Below are positions 26,488 through 36,886 of a stretch of 64,000 nucleotides of DNA, in pieces. Below the pieces are notes generated by a model. That model was not told the DNA's origin. It made no database searches and saw nothing but the letters and a program-made list of their open reading frames with translations. Source of the DNA: Solirubrobacteraceae bacterium (GTDB lineage Bacteria; Actinomycetota; Thermoleophilia; Solirubrobacterales; Solirubrobacteraceae); contig DASZFA010000042.1 of the NCBI GenBank assembly GCA_035940255.1, positions 4,394 through 68,393 on the forward strand, written 5' to 3'. The stretch's first letter is position 1, and every line of letters begins with the position of its first letter. The translations under genes and the position numbers were made by a program.

Positions 26488-27474
26488 TTAGTGATCCTCG
26501 GCGACGGCGCCACCGAGGTAGATAGCGGTGAGGAGAGCGAAGATGAACGCCTGCAGGGCGGCCACAAGGCCGACCTCGAAGGCGAACAGGATGATGCCGA
26601 ACGGGAGCGTGAACCATCCGAGCCAGGCCGAGCCCAGGATCACGGCGAGCGCCCCTGCCATGAACAGGATGATCAGATGACCGGCCAGGACGTTGGCGAA
26701 AAGACGAATCGTCAGTGAGAGCACGCGCATGAGGTTCGAAAGCACCTCGAGGAGGAAGAGGGGCACCGCCATCGCACCGCTGACCCCTCCCGGGACGAGC
26801 CCTCTGAGGTAGCCGATCGGGCCCTTGGCGCGTATGCCTTCAACCGTGTAGGAAACGAACACGACGAGCGCCAGGACGAGCGGGATCGAGAGGTTCGCCG
26901 TGGCCGCGTAGAGCGAGAAGGACGGGATCTGGACGCCAAAGACGGTGATCTCGCTCTCGGTGTTCGTCGGCAGCGGTATGTAGCTGATCAGGTTCGAGAA
27001 GAGGATGAAGAGGAACAGCGTCCCGATGAACGGGAACCACTTGGCCGCCATCCTTTCGCTCATCGAGCCGCCGGTGATGTTGTCGTGCATCAGGCGGAAG
27101 AGCAGCTCGACGGCCGCCTGCACCTTGTTGGGGCGCTGATGCATGCGCCGCGCGACGTAGATCATCGTCGTGCAGGTGAGTATCCCGGCCAGGATCAGGT
27201 AGAGGACGGCCTTGTTGATCGAGAAGACGCCAAGGCTCACCCAGTTGTCGAGTTTGAACTCGTTCTGCGGTTCAAAGGTTGTGTTGCGTGTACCGCTGAA
27301 GCCGTAGACGGCGACCAGCACGACCAATCCGGCCACGTAGATGCCGAACAGGATCCGAAGCGTCCGTTTGATGTTGGACTTTCGGGGCCCTCCGGGGTCG
27401 ACGCCGGAGCGCTGCTCCTCCTCGCCGGGACGCTGCTCCTGGGCCGCCGCGGGGCGCTCCACGACGGCGCTCAT
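26488..27474 (-). CDS. atpB: ATP synthase F0 a subunit
   Basis: LSLTIRLFAN..AGH, LQAFIFALLT; ATG 27474 overlaps the atpI stop. Confidence 0.95.
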   Translation of the reverse strand: MSAVVERPAAAQEQRPGEEEQRSGVDPGGPRKSNIKRTLRILFGIYVAGLVVLVAVYGFSGTRNTTFEPQNEFKLDNWVSLGVFSINKAVLYLILAGILTCTTMIYVARRMHQRPNKVQAAVELLFRLMHDNITGGSMSERMAAKWFPFIGTLFLFILFSNLISYIPLPTNTESEITVFGVQIPSFSLYAATANLSIPLVLALVVFVSYTVEGIRAKGPIGYLRGLVPGGVSGAMAVPLFLLEVLSNLMRVLSLTIRLFANVLAGHLIILFMAGALAVILGSAWLGWFTLPFGIILFAFEVGLVAALQAFIFALLTAIYLGGAVAEDH

Positions 27475-27860
27475 GAGGTGCTCGGCCTTCCGCGCGTGGT
27501 GGACCCGCGCTGAATCGGACCCTCTCGTGTCACCAATGACATCACGAAATACACGGTGAACGCGGCGAGCACGAGCACGGCCGCCATGATGCCGTCCGCC
27601 CTGCCGCCTGCGACCTTCGCGAGGACGACGGCGAAGGCGACGATCCAGACGCGGCCCATCATGGCGCCCACGAGCAGGCCGGCGCGCAGCTTCGGGTCGC
27701 CGGCCCTCCGGGCACGCTCCTGTACGTAGGCCGTGCTGGCGCGGGTCAGCAGCCAGGCGCCGGCGCCCACGAGGTAGCCGAAGAGCGGCAGGCCACCGAC
27801 AAGCACGAACGGGCCCGTCGCGAGCACCAGGCACACGTCGAGATAGCGGACGAAGAACAC
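27471..27860 (-). CDS. atpI: ATP synthase protein I (small 4-TM membrane protein)
   Basis: Four hydrophobic segments, directly upstream of atpB. Confidence 0.7.
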   Translation of the reverse strand: MFFVRYLDVCLVLATGPFVLVGGLPLFGYLVGAGAWLLTRASTAYVQERARRAGDPKLRAGLLVGAMMGRVWIVAFAVVLAKVAGGRADGIMAAVLVLAAFTVYFVMSLVTREGPIQRGSTTRGRPSTS

Positions 27861-28254
27861 GTCAGCTCGGAAATCCGGGGCGCCGTCCGTGGCACAGGGT
27901 CCACAGGCGCCGGCGGCGATGCAGCGATCTCAACTCGGAAGCGTGGCAATCGCGGTTACACGCCCGCCGGGCGGCTCGGCGGCGGTGTGAGAGCACGGAG
28001 GGACGCAGGCGTCCGATGCCCGCGCGCTCGGCAGCGTCGAGGTGGCCGTCGGGGAGCTCGCGCGCGCGCGGCACCGCGGGCGGTCCCTGCTCGCTGGGCG
28101 CGGGGGTCTCGCCCTGGCCCCGCCCGGGCAGGGTGGCGTCCTCGTTGGCGTCGAAATCTGGCATGTGCGTAGCGCCACCCTACAGACGGGAACGTCGCCG
28201 CGCTGTTCGCGGCTTGACCGTCGGAACGTCCCTCAAGTGTCTGCGGCGGCGCGC

Positions 28255-29148
28255 CTAGTCTACCCGCTCTGTGACTTCGTAACAAGTTTGTGACATGCGG
28301 TACGCAGGCTGTGTGGCGCCCTTGGACGCGTCGAGAGACCGGCGGACGCGGGCCGCGGCGAGAGCCTCCCCAGGTGGCCTTCGAGACGCTCGCAACCGTT
28401 CTGCGAGCCGCACGATAGCCACGCTGAGCCCGATCGCGAGCAGACCGCCGATGATGTCGAACACGAAATGATTTCCCGTGGCGATCACGGCGAACGCCGT
28501 GATCGACGGGTACAGGATCGCCAGCCCCCGGACCCACCGCCGCGCCGACATGCGCCACAGGGCAAGGCTGCACCAGACCGCCCAGGCGATGTGCAGCGAG
28601 GGCATCGCCGCGAGCTCGTCCGCGTGCGAGGCGAGCGACCCGCTGTGGAAGGAACCGACCGCGTGGGACGATTCGACGATGTCGATGAATCCGGCGAGCA
28701 TCCGTGGAGGCGCGACCGGATAGAGCCAGAACACGATGAACGCGAGCAGGTTGACGAGCACGAGCGAGTTGCGCAGCGGCCTGTAGATGTCGGCACGCCG
28801 CCACCACAGCCAGCCGAGCAGCCCGAACGTGACGACGAAATGGGCGTTGTCGTAGTAGTCGGAGAGGATCACGCCGAGTGTGTGCTGCCCGGCGAGCCAG
28901 GTGTCGAGCGCCTGCTCTGGGTCCAGGTGCAGCGCCTGCTCTGCGTGCAAAAGCCCTTCGGCGTGAGCGACAGCCACGTGCAGGCGCAGCGGCGCGAAGT
29001 TCGTCAGGGCTTCGTAGACCCAGAGCAGCCACAGCAGCGCAAGCGCCTCGACCCACCAGCGCGAGCGCCGGCGGACGGGCGAGACGGTGCCGACGCCCTG
29101 AGCGCCCGCGAGCGCTCCCTGCGTATCGAGCGAAACGGCGGTGGACAA
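28255..29148 (-). CDS. PAP2-superfamily membrane protein (AUR1/IPC-synthase-like)
   Basis: YPVAPPRM, AAMPSLH, TGNHFVFD. TTG start at 29148 is preceded by a TACTAT -10-like box. Confidence 0.85.
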   Translation of the reverse strand: MSTAVSLDTQGALAGAQGVGTVSPVRRRSRWWVEALALLWLLWVYEALTNFAPLRLHVAVAHAEGLLHAEQALHLDPEQALDTWLAGQHTLGVILSDYYDNAHFVVTFGLLGWLWWRRADIYRPLRNSLVLVNLLAFIVFWLYPVAPPRMLAGFIDIVESSHAVGSFHSGSLASHADELAAMPSLHIAWAVWCSLALWRMSARRWVRGLAILYPSITAFAVIATGNHFVFDIIGGLLAIGLSVAIVRLAERLRASRRPPGEALAAARVRRSLDASKGATQPAYRMSQTCYEVTERVD

Positions 29149-29168
29149 GGGTCGATAGTAGCCGGAGC

Positions 29169-29888
29169 TCAGGCTGGCACGGGTTGAAGGCCCCGTGCTG
29201 CAAGCGTGTCGAGCACACGTGGCAGCGCTGCGGCGGTTTGGCGCCAGGACCCCGGAGCGCCGTAGTCGTCCGCGTCGTGCAGCAGCAGCACCGAGCCCGC
29301 CGAGGCGCCTTGGGTGAGTCGCGAAGCGATCGACTCCGGGGTCGCGCTCCGCTCCCAGTCGCGGCCCCACCCGCTCCACAACAGCGTGCGCCAGCCGCGA
29401 CGCCGTGCGAGTCGCAGCGCGGAGGCGTTCAGGATCCCGTAGGGAGGCCGGTAGATCGCGGGCGAGCTGTCCGTGAGGTCCTCGATCGTCGCCTGCGCGC
29501 GATCGATGTCCGCGCGCACCTGCCGCGGCGCCATCCGCAGCAGGTTTCGGTGGCGGTCGCAGTGCAGCCCAATCGTATGGCCCGCCGCGACGATCTCGCC
29601 GCCAAGTGACGGGTTGCGGCGCAGCTGCTCGCCGACGAGGAAGAAGGTCGCATGCGCGCCGGCGGCGGCGAGGGTCTCTAGTACCGCGGCAGTCCCCTGA
29701 GGGTGCGGGCCGTCGTCGAACGTGAGCGCGTATCCGGCGCCGCTCGCGGTCCGAGACTCCACTCCGAGTGCGTCCCGCAGCCGCGGCCAGATCTGCGCCA
29801 GGCCCGGCAGGACGTAGCTTGCCATCGCGAAGTCGGCGAGCGCCCTCCCGGGCACGGAAGCGGGAGTGCGATGATCGTAGGTGGACAT
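29169..29888 (-). CDS. Polysaccharide deacetylase (NodB/CE4)
   Basis: TFDDGP, ATFF, H-x3-H, RPPYG, DW, LLLHD. Start uncertain (alternative ATG 29825). Confidence 0.9.
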   Translation of the reverse strand: MSTYDHRTPASVPGRALADFAMASYVLPGLAQIWPRLRDALGVESRTASGAGYALTFDDGPHPQGTAAVLETLAAAGAHATFFLVGEQLRRNPSLGGEIVAAGHTIGLHCDRHRNLLRMAPRQVRADIDRAQATIEDLTDSSPAIYRPPYGILNASALRLARRRGWRTLLWSGWGRDWERSATPESIASRLTQGASAGSVLLLHDADDYGAPGSWRQTAAALPRVLDTLAARGLQPVPA

Positions 29889-30882
29889 GATCGAACTCGT
29901 GCTGGGAATCCTCGCGGCTGTCGGCGCCTCGACCCTCTACAGCCTAGGGATCGCCCTGCAGGCGCTCGACGCCAAGGAAGCGCCCCACGAGGAGCACCTG
30001 CGGCTGGCCCTGGCCTGGCGCCTCGCCCGGCGCGCGCGATGGCTCGCTGGTACGGGGCTCTCGGTTCTCGGCTGGCCGCTTCAGGTCGTGGCGCTGATGC
30101 TGGCCCCGCTCGTGGTCGTCCAGCCGGCGCTCGCGGCAGGATTGGTGCTGCTGATGCTCCTCGCCGAGCGTCTGCTTGGAGAGCACGCGGGACGCTACGA
30201 GCACCTCGCCGTCTGGGCGATCGTGATCGGCATGGTGGGAGCCGCCCTCACGGCGCCTGCACACACTTCCAGCCACGCCGGCGGCCTGACGATCACGCTG
30301 GTGCTCGTCGGTCTCGGGCTCGCGAGCCTGCTCCCCTATCTGCTGAGCGCCGTGGGCCGCTCGCCGGCCGTGGTGACGATGATCGGGGCGGGGCTCGCGT
30401 TCGGCTGGAGCGGGGTCGCCACCGCGCTCACCGCCGATGCCCTTGAAATGGGACACACCGCGACAGCCATAGCTTGGGGGCTGTCGACCGCCGCCGCATC
30501 CGGGCTGGGCGTGCTCAGCGAGATGAGCGCCCTGCAGGCCCGACCGGCGATCCAGGTGGCCCCCGTCGTGTTCGTGACTCAGACGGTGATCCCGGTGGTG
30601 CTCGCGCCGCTGCTGCTGGGCGAGCGCTTCACTGCCACCCCGCTCGGTGGGGTTCCGCTGGCCATCTCGCTGGGGGTGCTCGTTGCGGGCGCCGCTGCCC
30701 TAGCGCGATCCCCGCTGCTGCTCGCGCTGATGGCCGGCGAGCGCGAGGTCAGCGTTGCCAGCGGCTCGACCCCCAGCCCACCTGAGCCGAGCCATGAGAC
30801 GATCCGCACGAAGCCCGCCACCGACGCCCCCGAGCCGTCGAGCTCGACGACGAGCACGTCGCCCGCCCGCATCTTGCCCTGA
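29887..30882 (+). CDS. DMT-superfamily-like multi-pass membrane protein
   Basis: About 9 hydrophobic segments, [12 protein letters not shown] motif. Confidence 0.75.
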   Translation: MIELVLGILAAVGASTLYSLGIALQALDAKEAPHEEHLRLALAWRLARRARWLAGTGLSVLGWPLQVVALMLAPLVVVQPALAAGLVLLMLLAERLLGEHAGRYEHLAVWAIVIGMVGAALTAPAHTSSHAGGLTITLVLVGLGLASLLPYLLSAVGRSPAVVTMIGAGLAFGWSGVATALTADALEMGHTATAIAWGLSTAAASGLGVLSEMSALQARPAIQVAPVVFVTQTVIPVVLAPLLLGERFTATPLGGVPLAISLGVLVAGAAALARSPLLLALMAGEREVSVASGSTPSPPEPSHETIRTKPATDAPEPSSSTTSTSPARILP

Positions 30883-32549
30883 GGCAAGCGTCCCGTCGCG
30901 CTGACGCGCTCCACGCCGCTCACGGAGGTGCCGCCGGCCGTGCGCGCGAGAACCAGTTGGCCCACTGACAGCCCGCCCGGCGGCGCCAGGAAGTAGAAGC
31001 GGTGACGCAGGCCCAGCGCGCGAGCCTGGGAGCGAAGCGTGCCCCGGGTGCGAACCCACCGCAGCGGCGCCGAGCCCGGCACTTCCGGGAGCAGCTCGTC
31101 CCCGAGAGAACGAACTGCGCTGACTCGCTGTGCCGACGGCACTCCGGCATCGTCGGCGAAGGAGATGTGGATGCCGCGGCCGGCAAGCTCTGCCGCCACA
31201 AGCTGAAGATAAGGGGCGGGCACGTGGGCGATCACCGCCACCGCCCGCTGACTGGTCTTGATGTGCTTGAGCGGGGCCGCCCCGAGAACCATGCCGGCGA
31301 GGGCTGTGACCTCGTCGGTGGACATCACCCAGGAGCCGACGCCGACCAGGATCAGCACCTGCGTCAGCGCAGCGACGGCGCGCAGTCGCCAGATCGGGAT
31401 CGGCCGCACGCGCGCCGGCGTGTTCAGCACCACGTCGACAGCCGGCGTAGGGTCGCGTCGTTCGATGGGGTCGTCGCTCGTGTGGGGACGGCCGGCGAAG
31501 CTCGCCCGCACGTGCTCACGCAGCTCCTGCGTGTCGTTGGCGAGTCGCAGAAGCCGCAAAGACGCCATCGCCCGGGTGTTCAGGCGGGCGTGGCCGACCG
31601 GCAGCCCGTAGGAGACGACCGGCGTGCCGGCGGCCCTTGCCTCGAGGCACGTGACGCCTCCGGTCGAGTGCACGAGCACGTCCGCGGCGGACAGCAGGTC
31701 GGGCATCCTGTCGGTGAAACCGTAAACGCGGACGCGAGGTTCCATCGCGAAGTCGGCGCGCAGCTTTTGCGCCAGCGGGTCGTTTCGTGCGGCCAGGCAG
31801 ACGATGCTGGAGACCTCCGGCACCTTTGTGAACTCGCGCACCGCACCGGCGATGTCGCCTACGCCCCAGCCGCCGCCGGACACGACGACCATCCGCCCGT
31901 CCTCGGGCAGTCCCAGCGAGCGGCGCGCCTCCTGCGGGCAGCGGGGCTCCAGGAACTCCGCCGATATCAGCGGACGGACGAGCTGCACGCTGCCGTGCCC
32001 GGCGATCCGCTCGACCGAGCGCATCGACTCGTCGTACATCACGAGGTGCATGTCGATTCCGGGCTGCGCCCAGAAGAACAGCCCCGTGAGGTCGGTGATC
32101 GTCGCGACGGTCGGGCAGACGACCGCGCCCGTGCGGCGCAGGCGGGCCAGGACCACCGTCACGGCGGGGTAGGTCGACACCACGACGTCCGGGTCGTATT
32201 CGCCGATCGTGCGTGCCAGCGGGCGCGATCCGAACGTCCACAGCAGACGGCGGGTGAGCGCCCGCACGGGGGCGACGTGCTCAAGTAGCCAGTACACGCC
32301 GCTGTAGGTCCACGGGAAGAAGCGCAGCTGCACGCGGTAGCCATCCTCCACGACGGGCCGCAGCAGCCGCCCCATGGCCGCGAGCCCGTCGATCACGGTG
32401 ACCTCCGCAGCCTCACCGGAGTCCCTGATCTGCTGCGCGAGCGCCCGCGCTGCCGCGGCGTGACCCTCGCCGACGTCGGCAGACAAAATGAGGACGCGGC
32501 GGGGGCCCTGGTCCCGGCGCGGTGTGGCTTTGCGGTAGCGGCGTCGCAT
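30579..32549 (-). CDS. MGDG-synthase/UgtP-like GT28 glycosyltransferase fused to a TM segment and a degenerate NodB-like domain
   Basis: [42 protein letters not shown]-x-RAM. Confidence 0.85.
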   Translation of the reverse strand: MRRRYRKATPRRDQGPRRVLILSADVGEGHAAAARALAQQIRDSGEAAEVTVIDGLAAMGRLLRPVVEDGYRVQLRFFPWTYSGVYWLLEHVAPVRALTRRLLWTFGSRPLARTIGEYDPDVVVSTYPAVTVVLARLRRTGAVVCPTVATITDLTGLFFWAQPGIDMHLVMYDESMRSVERIAGHGSVQLVRPLISAEFLEPRCPQEARRSLGLPEDGRMVVVSGGGWGVGDIAGAVREFTKVPEVSSIVCLAARNDPLAQKLRADFAMEPRVRVYGFTDRMPDLLSAADVLVHSTGGVTCLEARAAGTPVVSYGLPVGHARLNTRAMASLRLLRLANDTQELREHVRASFAGRPHTSDDPIERRDPTPAVDVVLNTPARVRPIPIWRLRAVAALTQVLILVGVGSWVMSTDEVTALAGMVLGAAPLKHIKTSQRAVAVIAHVPAPYLQLVAAELAGRGIHISFADDAGVPSAQRVSAVRSLGDELLPEVPGSAPLRWVRTRGTLRSQARALGLRHRFYFLAPPGGLSVGQLVLARTAGGTSVSGVERVSATGRLPQGKMRAGDVLVVELDGSGASVAGFVRIVSWLGSGGLGVEPLATLTSRSPAISASSSGDRARAAAPATSTPSEMASGTPPSGVAVKRSPSSSGASTTGITV

Positions 32550-32581
32550 AAGAGGTCGATCGCGCCTGCGCGGCGGGCGGC

Positions 32582-34168
32582 GTGGCGCGAACGTACGCGC
32601 CCGAACGGAGCCCGGCGGGCGCAACTGCCAACCACAGGCTACCGGCCTCGCAGAATGCTTGCAGGTCGGCCAGACGTAACAATGGGCTCATACAGGCCGC
32701 AACCCCCATAACGCGGGCCCCAATTGCCCGAGAGACATCCGAGAAAGCTGCCCGCGCGGGGGGTCCGACCCGTGTCCTCGAGGTGCTTGGCGCGCTCGGG
32801 CTGCTCGGCGTGCTGAGCAGCGTCTTCCTCCTCACCGCCGGGGCCGCAACGCGCCCGTCGGCGTTTGTCCCCGCCCGCGGTGGCGGCTGGCCTGACTGGA
32901 TGGCGGGCCCGCTGCAGGGCCTGGACGTGGGACTGAGCGGCAACAGCTTCCAGGCCTACATGCTGATCATGTCCGCGAGCTACGTGCTGGTGCTGATCGC
33001 GGCGCGGGCCCTGCCGGCGCCGGCGCTGGCAGGCACGATCGTCGCGGCCAACGTGATCCTCCTGCTCGGCCCGCCGCTGATCTCGCAAGACGTCTTCGGA
33101 TACGTCGCGTTTGCGCGCATGGGCGCCCTGCACGGACTGGATCCGTATACGCACGTGGCCGCCGAAGCCTTCACCGATCCCGTCTATCCGTTCGTCGGCT
33201 GGCCCTTCAAGCATTCCCCGTACGGCGCCCTCTTCACGCTCTCAAGCTACGCGCTCGCGCCGCTCGGCGTCGCCGGCGCCTTTTGGGCCTTCAAGGGCAT
33301 CGCGGTGGCGTCGAGCCTGGCGGCGGTGGCGCTGATCGCGCGAGCGGCCGGCCGTCTTGGCTCCTCGCGACGCTGGGCCGCAGCCTTCGTCGGCCTGAAC
33401 CCGGTCCTGCTGGTGCTCGCGGTGGGCGGCGCCCACAACGACACCCTGATACTGCTCGTGCTGGCCCTCGCGCTCGCGCTGACGGCGGGCACCAGCCCGC
33501 GCTTCCGGGCCGCTGCCGCCACGCTCGTCGCCGGTATCGGGATCAAGGTCACCGCCGGGCTGCTGCTCCCGTTCCTGCTTCTCGCGGCGCCGCGGCGGGA
33601 GCGCGTGGCCGCGCTCGGGAGCGCGGCGCTCAGCCTGCTCGTGCTCGGAGCGCTGGCGCTGATCGGTTTCGGATCGCACGCGTTGGGGTTCCTGAATGCG
33701 GTCGGTGAGCAGCAGCAGCTCGTGGCCACCCACAGCATTCCGGCGGAGACCGCCCGCCTGGTGGGGCTGACCGGCACGCCTACGTGGTGGCGCCACCTCT
33801 TCGTTGCCGGGTTCATCGCGGTGCTGGCGATCGAGCTCTGGCGCACGGCGCGTGGAGCCGACTGGCGCGCGGCCGCCGGCTGGACGACACTGGCGCTGCT
33901 GCTCTCGACGGCCTGGCTGCTTCCGTGGTACGCCGTCTGGCTGCTGCCGCTAGCGGCCGTCAGCCGTGATCGGCGCCTGCGCGCCGCCACGCTGGTGTTC
34001 TGTGCCTACGCCGTCCTGATCCACCTGCCGCTCGCCGACGCCGTCCTCAGCCCGCACAACACGCGCATCTCCTACCACGTCCACACCGCGATCCCCGGAC
34101 TTCGCCACGGCCTGGAACTCACCGGTTTCGAAGTCCTTCACGACGTCCAGCTCGATCTCCGCTGGTGA
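32582..34168 (+). CDS. GT-C polyprenol-phosphomannose-dependent mannosyltransferase (MptB-like)
   Basis: [29 protein letters not shown]. Start codon uncertain and probably further downstream. Confidence 0.85.
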   Translation: MARTYAPERSPAGATANHRLPASQNACRSARRNNGLIQAATPITRAPIARETSEKAARAGGPTRVLEVLGALGLLGVLSSVFLLTAGAATRPSAFVPARGGGWPDWMAGPLQGLDVGLSGNSFQAYMLIMSASYVLVLIAARALPAPALAGTIVAANVILLLGPPLISQDVFGYVAFARMGALHGLDPYTHVAAEAFTDPVYPFVGWPFKHSPYGALFTLSSYALAPLGVAGAFWAFKGIAVASSLAAVALIARAAGRLGSSRRWAAAFVGLNPVLLVLAVGGAHNDTLILLVLALALALTAGTSPRFRAAAATLVAGIGIKVTAGLLLPFLLLAAPRRERVAALGSAALSLLVLGALALIGFGSHALGFLNAVGEQQQLVATHSIPAETARLVGLTGTPTWWRHLFVAGFIAVLAIELWRTARGADWRAAAGWTTLALLLSTAWLLPWYAVWLLPLAAVSRDRRLRAATLVFCAYAVLIHLPLADAVLSPHNTRISYHVHTAIPGLRHGLELTGFEVLHDVQLDLRW

Positions 34169-35299
34169 CGCTTCCGGTCGCAGCAATCGCAGGCGCACCG
34201 CATCCAGACGCCTGAACTTGAGGATCTCGAGCACGTACACGAGATACGCGCTCGCCGCCACCACGATCGTGCCGAAGCCAGCCAGCACGAGCGTCCAACC
34301 GAAGTTGAGATGGCCTTTGTGGTCGCTGTAGGGGATGAAGCGCAGCGCGAGCGCGAGGCCGGCGAGCAGCAGCGTCCACGCGTAAAAGTAGGCGATCGTG
34401 CGTCTGCTGGAGAACCCGATACGGGCCATGCGATGGTGGAAGTGCTCGCTGTCCGGTCGATAGATCGGCTGCTTGTACTTGAGGCGCTTGAGCACGACGA
34501 AGGTCGTGTCGAGGAAGGGAACCGCCAGCAGGATCAGCGGCAGCACGAACGACACGACCGCAGCCGTCTTGACCGCCGCCTCGACCGCTATCACGCCCAT
34601 CAGCAGCCCAAGCAGGTTCGCCCCGCAGTCGCCCATGAAGCTCGAGGCGGGGGGGAAGTTGTAGATCAGGAAGCCGAGCGCGGCGCCCGCGGTCAGCGCG
34701 GCGAGCACGCCGGGCTGCTGGCGCCCCAGGTCGAAGGCGATCACCGCCATCGCCGCGGCAATGATCGCGCAGACCCCCGCCGTGAGGCCATCGGCGCCGT
34801 CGGAGAAGTTGACCACGTTCATCATCACGACGAGCCCGAGCACCGTCAGCAGCGGTCCGGCGTTCGTCACGCCGGCGTTGGGGAAGTGCAGCAGGCCGAT
34901 GAACGGCAGCGTGATCGACTTCACCGCAACGCCGAAATGCACGACGATCACGGCCGCCACGACCTGTCCGGCGAGCTTCACGCCGGGCGGCAGTTCGAAC
35001 CGGTCGTCGAGGGCGCCGACGGTCGTTATCACCCCCGCGGCCAGCAACACGCCAAGCCATAGTTCGTGGTCTTTGTAGTAGCCGCCGGGGAGCCACACGA
35101 GGATCGCGACGAGCGCGCCCGCGAAGATCGCCAGGCCTCCGAGCAACGGCGTTGGACGCTCGGAGAGGCCCCGCTCGCGGGGTTCGTCGATCGCGCCGAC
35201 GGCCCTCGCGAACCGCATCGTGAGCGGCGTCAGCACCGCGGTCACGGCCGCGGCGGTCAGGAAAGCGTAAAGCGCTTCGAGCTCGTTCGGATGCGCCAT
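33950..35299 (-). CDS. wecA: Polyprenyl-phosphate GlcNAc-1-phosphate transferase (MraY/WecA/TagO family)
   Basis: PLLGGLAI, GALDD, NFSDGADGL, FMGDCG, HFHHR; usual position upstream of the atp operon. Confidence 0.9.
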   Translation of the reverse strand: MAHPNELEALYAFLTAAAVTAVLTPLTMRFARAVGAIDEPRERGLSERPTPLLGGLAIFAGALVAILVWLPGGYYKDHELWLGVLLAAGVITTVGALDDRFELPPGVKLAGQVVAAVIVVHFGVAVKSITLPFIGLLHFPNAGVTNAGPLLTVLGLVVMMNVVNFSDGADGLTAGVCAIIAAAMAVIAFDLGRQQPGVLAALTAGAALGFLIYNFPPASSFMGDCGANLLGLLMGVIAVEAAVKTAAVVSFVLPLILLAVPFLDTTFVVLKRLKYKQPIYRPDSEHFHHRMARIGFSSRRTIAYFYAWTLLLAGLALALRFIPYSDHKGHLNFGWTLVLAGFGTIVVAASAYLVYVLEILKFRRLDAVRLRLLRPEASPAEIELDVVKDFETGEFQAVAKSGDRGVDVVGDARVVRAEDGVGERQVDQDGVGTEHQRGGAQAPITADGR

Positions 35300-35407
35300 C
35301 GACTCGCGCACAGCATCGCATGCGTCGGGGTCGAAGGCGCCCGGGCTCGGACGGCGGCCCTCGTGCGGGCCCCCGAAGCAGCGCTCCGGGCGTGTCGGCC
35401 GGTGCCC

Positions 35408-36736
35408 TCAGGCGGCGATTGGCGGCGCGTGGCGGTCGCCCGGCGGCGCGTGGCGCTCGCCCGGCGCCTTCAGGAACGCCGCGTAGTTGCGCATCGTCAG
35501 CCGCGCCTCGAGTCCTCTGACGGTTTCAAGCGCAACGCCGATCACGATCAGCAGCGAGGTGCCACCGAAGAAAAAGGTGGCGTTCGTCTGGGCAATGAGC
35601 ACCGTCGGGAGCGCGGCCACGAGCGCCAGGTAGATGCCGCCGGGAAGGGTGAGACGGGCGAGTATTCGGTCAAGGAACGTGGCCGTCGGGCGGCCCGGCC
35701 GCACGCCGGGGATGAAGCCGCCGTGCTCGCGCAGCGAGTCAGCCTGGTCGACCGGATTGAAGGTGACCGCGGTGTAGAGGAAGGTGAACGCGACGATCAG
35801 CAGCGACTCGCCGAGCACGAACGGCCACCCGTTGGGGTTGAAGAAGCTCGACAGGCTCTTCGCCCAGCCGGCGTGGACGTACTGGCCGGCGGTTGGGGGG
35901 AAGGCCATCAGCGTGGCGGCGAAGATCACCGGTATCACGCCCGCCATGTTCAGGCGCAACGGCAGAAAGCTCCTTCCCCCGTGGCTGAGCCGCCCGCCGA
36001 CGACGCGGCGTGCGTATTGAACGGGCACTCGCCGCTCGCCGTTCTGGATGAACACGATCGAGGCGATCACCGCCAGCGCGATGAACGGCATCATCACCTT
36101 GAAGATCGCATCCGGGCTCGTCCACCAGCGCTCGAGCCCGCGCGGCAGGCTGGCGAGGATGCCCGCCATGATCAGCAGCGAGATGCCGTTGCCGATGCCG
36201 CGGTTGCTGATCAGCTCGCCGATCCACATGAGCAGCACGGTGCCCGCGGTCAGCGAGATCACGATCAGCATCACATGGGGCGCATCGAACCGTTCGAACA
36301 CGGGCGTCGCGCCCGCCGTTTGGGTGGCGCGAAACAGGAAGACGTAGCCGAGCGACTGGACCGCCGCGAGAGCAACGGTCAGGTAGCGAACGTATTGGAC
36401 GATGCGCGCCTCGCCGACCTCGCCTTCCTTGCGCAGCTTGATCATGCTCGGCATCACGGCGCCGAGCAGCTGTATGACGATTGACGCGGTGATGTACGGG
36501 GCGATGCCCAGCGCGAACACGGATACCCGCGACAGCCCCCCGCCCGAGAACAGGTTCAGAAGGCCGAAGATGTTCGACCCGCCCAACTGGGACTGGGCGT
36601 TCTGGACTCCGGCGACGTTCACCCCAGGCAGTGGCACGAACGAGCCCAGCCGGTAGGCGAACAGCAGCAGCACGGTGAGCGCCAGCCTGCGGCGGATCTC
36701 CGTGTCGCGCAGCGAGTTGACGATCAGGTTGGACAA
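35408..36736 (-). CDS. secY: Stand-alone preprotein translocase SecY (probable paralog)
   Basis: NLFSGG, ALGIAPYITASI, GIGNGISL, GVIPVIFA, FIPGVRPG, GGTSLLI; no neighbouring rplO/adk. Confidence 0.93.
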   Translation of the reverse strand: MSNLIVNSLRDTEIRRRLALTVLLLFAYRLGSFVPLPGVNVAGVQNAQSQLGGSNIFGLLNLFSGGGLSRVSVFALGIAPYITASIVIQLLGAVMPSMIKLRKEGEVGEARIVQYVRYLTVALAAVQSLGYVFLFRATQTAGATPVFERFDAPHVMLIVISLTAGTVLLMWIGELISNRGIGNGISLLIMAGILASLPRGLERWWTSPDAIFKVMMPFIALAVIASIVFIQNGERRVPVQYARRVVGGRLSHGGRSFLPLRLNMAGVIPVIFAATLMAFPPTAGQYVHAGWAKSLSSFFNPNGWPFVLGESLLIVAFTFLYTAVTFNPVDQADSLREHGGFIPGVRPGRPTATFLDRILARLTLPGGIYLALVAALPTVLIAQTNATFFFGGTSLLIVIGVALETVRGLEARLTMRNYAAFLKAPGERHAPPGDRHAPPIAA

Positions 36737-36793
36737 AGCTTGAACGTCTCGCCCTCGTATCGGGGGGGTGGAGGACGAGACGTACCCAGATTC

Positions 36794-36810
36794 TACTACA
36801 TCCTGTAGTA
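36794..36810. promoter_or_regulatory. Palindromic operator TACTAC-ATCCT-GTAGTA (BlaI-like) upstream of secY
   Basis: Perfect palindrome overlapping a minus-strand TAGAAT -10-like hexamer. Confidence 0.75.
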
Positions 36811-36886
36811 CTTCGTGGACGCAGTTGCGCGGGGCAGGCCGGTGCCGGCGGCGGCCATGGCGGCCCCGCCGGCACCGGCCACCTGG

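Noticed and set aside
27861-28254. BlaI-like operator upstream of the atp operon, as reported for mycobacteria
   Set aside because: Only GTAG...CTAC in the wrong orientation is present; no match to the palindrome.
29881-29889. Head-to-head overlapping start codons (CATG) of the deacetylase and DMT-like genes
   Set aside because: More simply explained by a later deacetylase start (ATG 29825); cannot be resolved from sequence.
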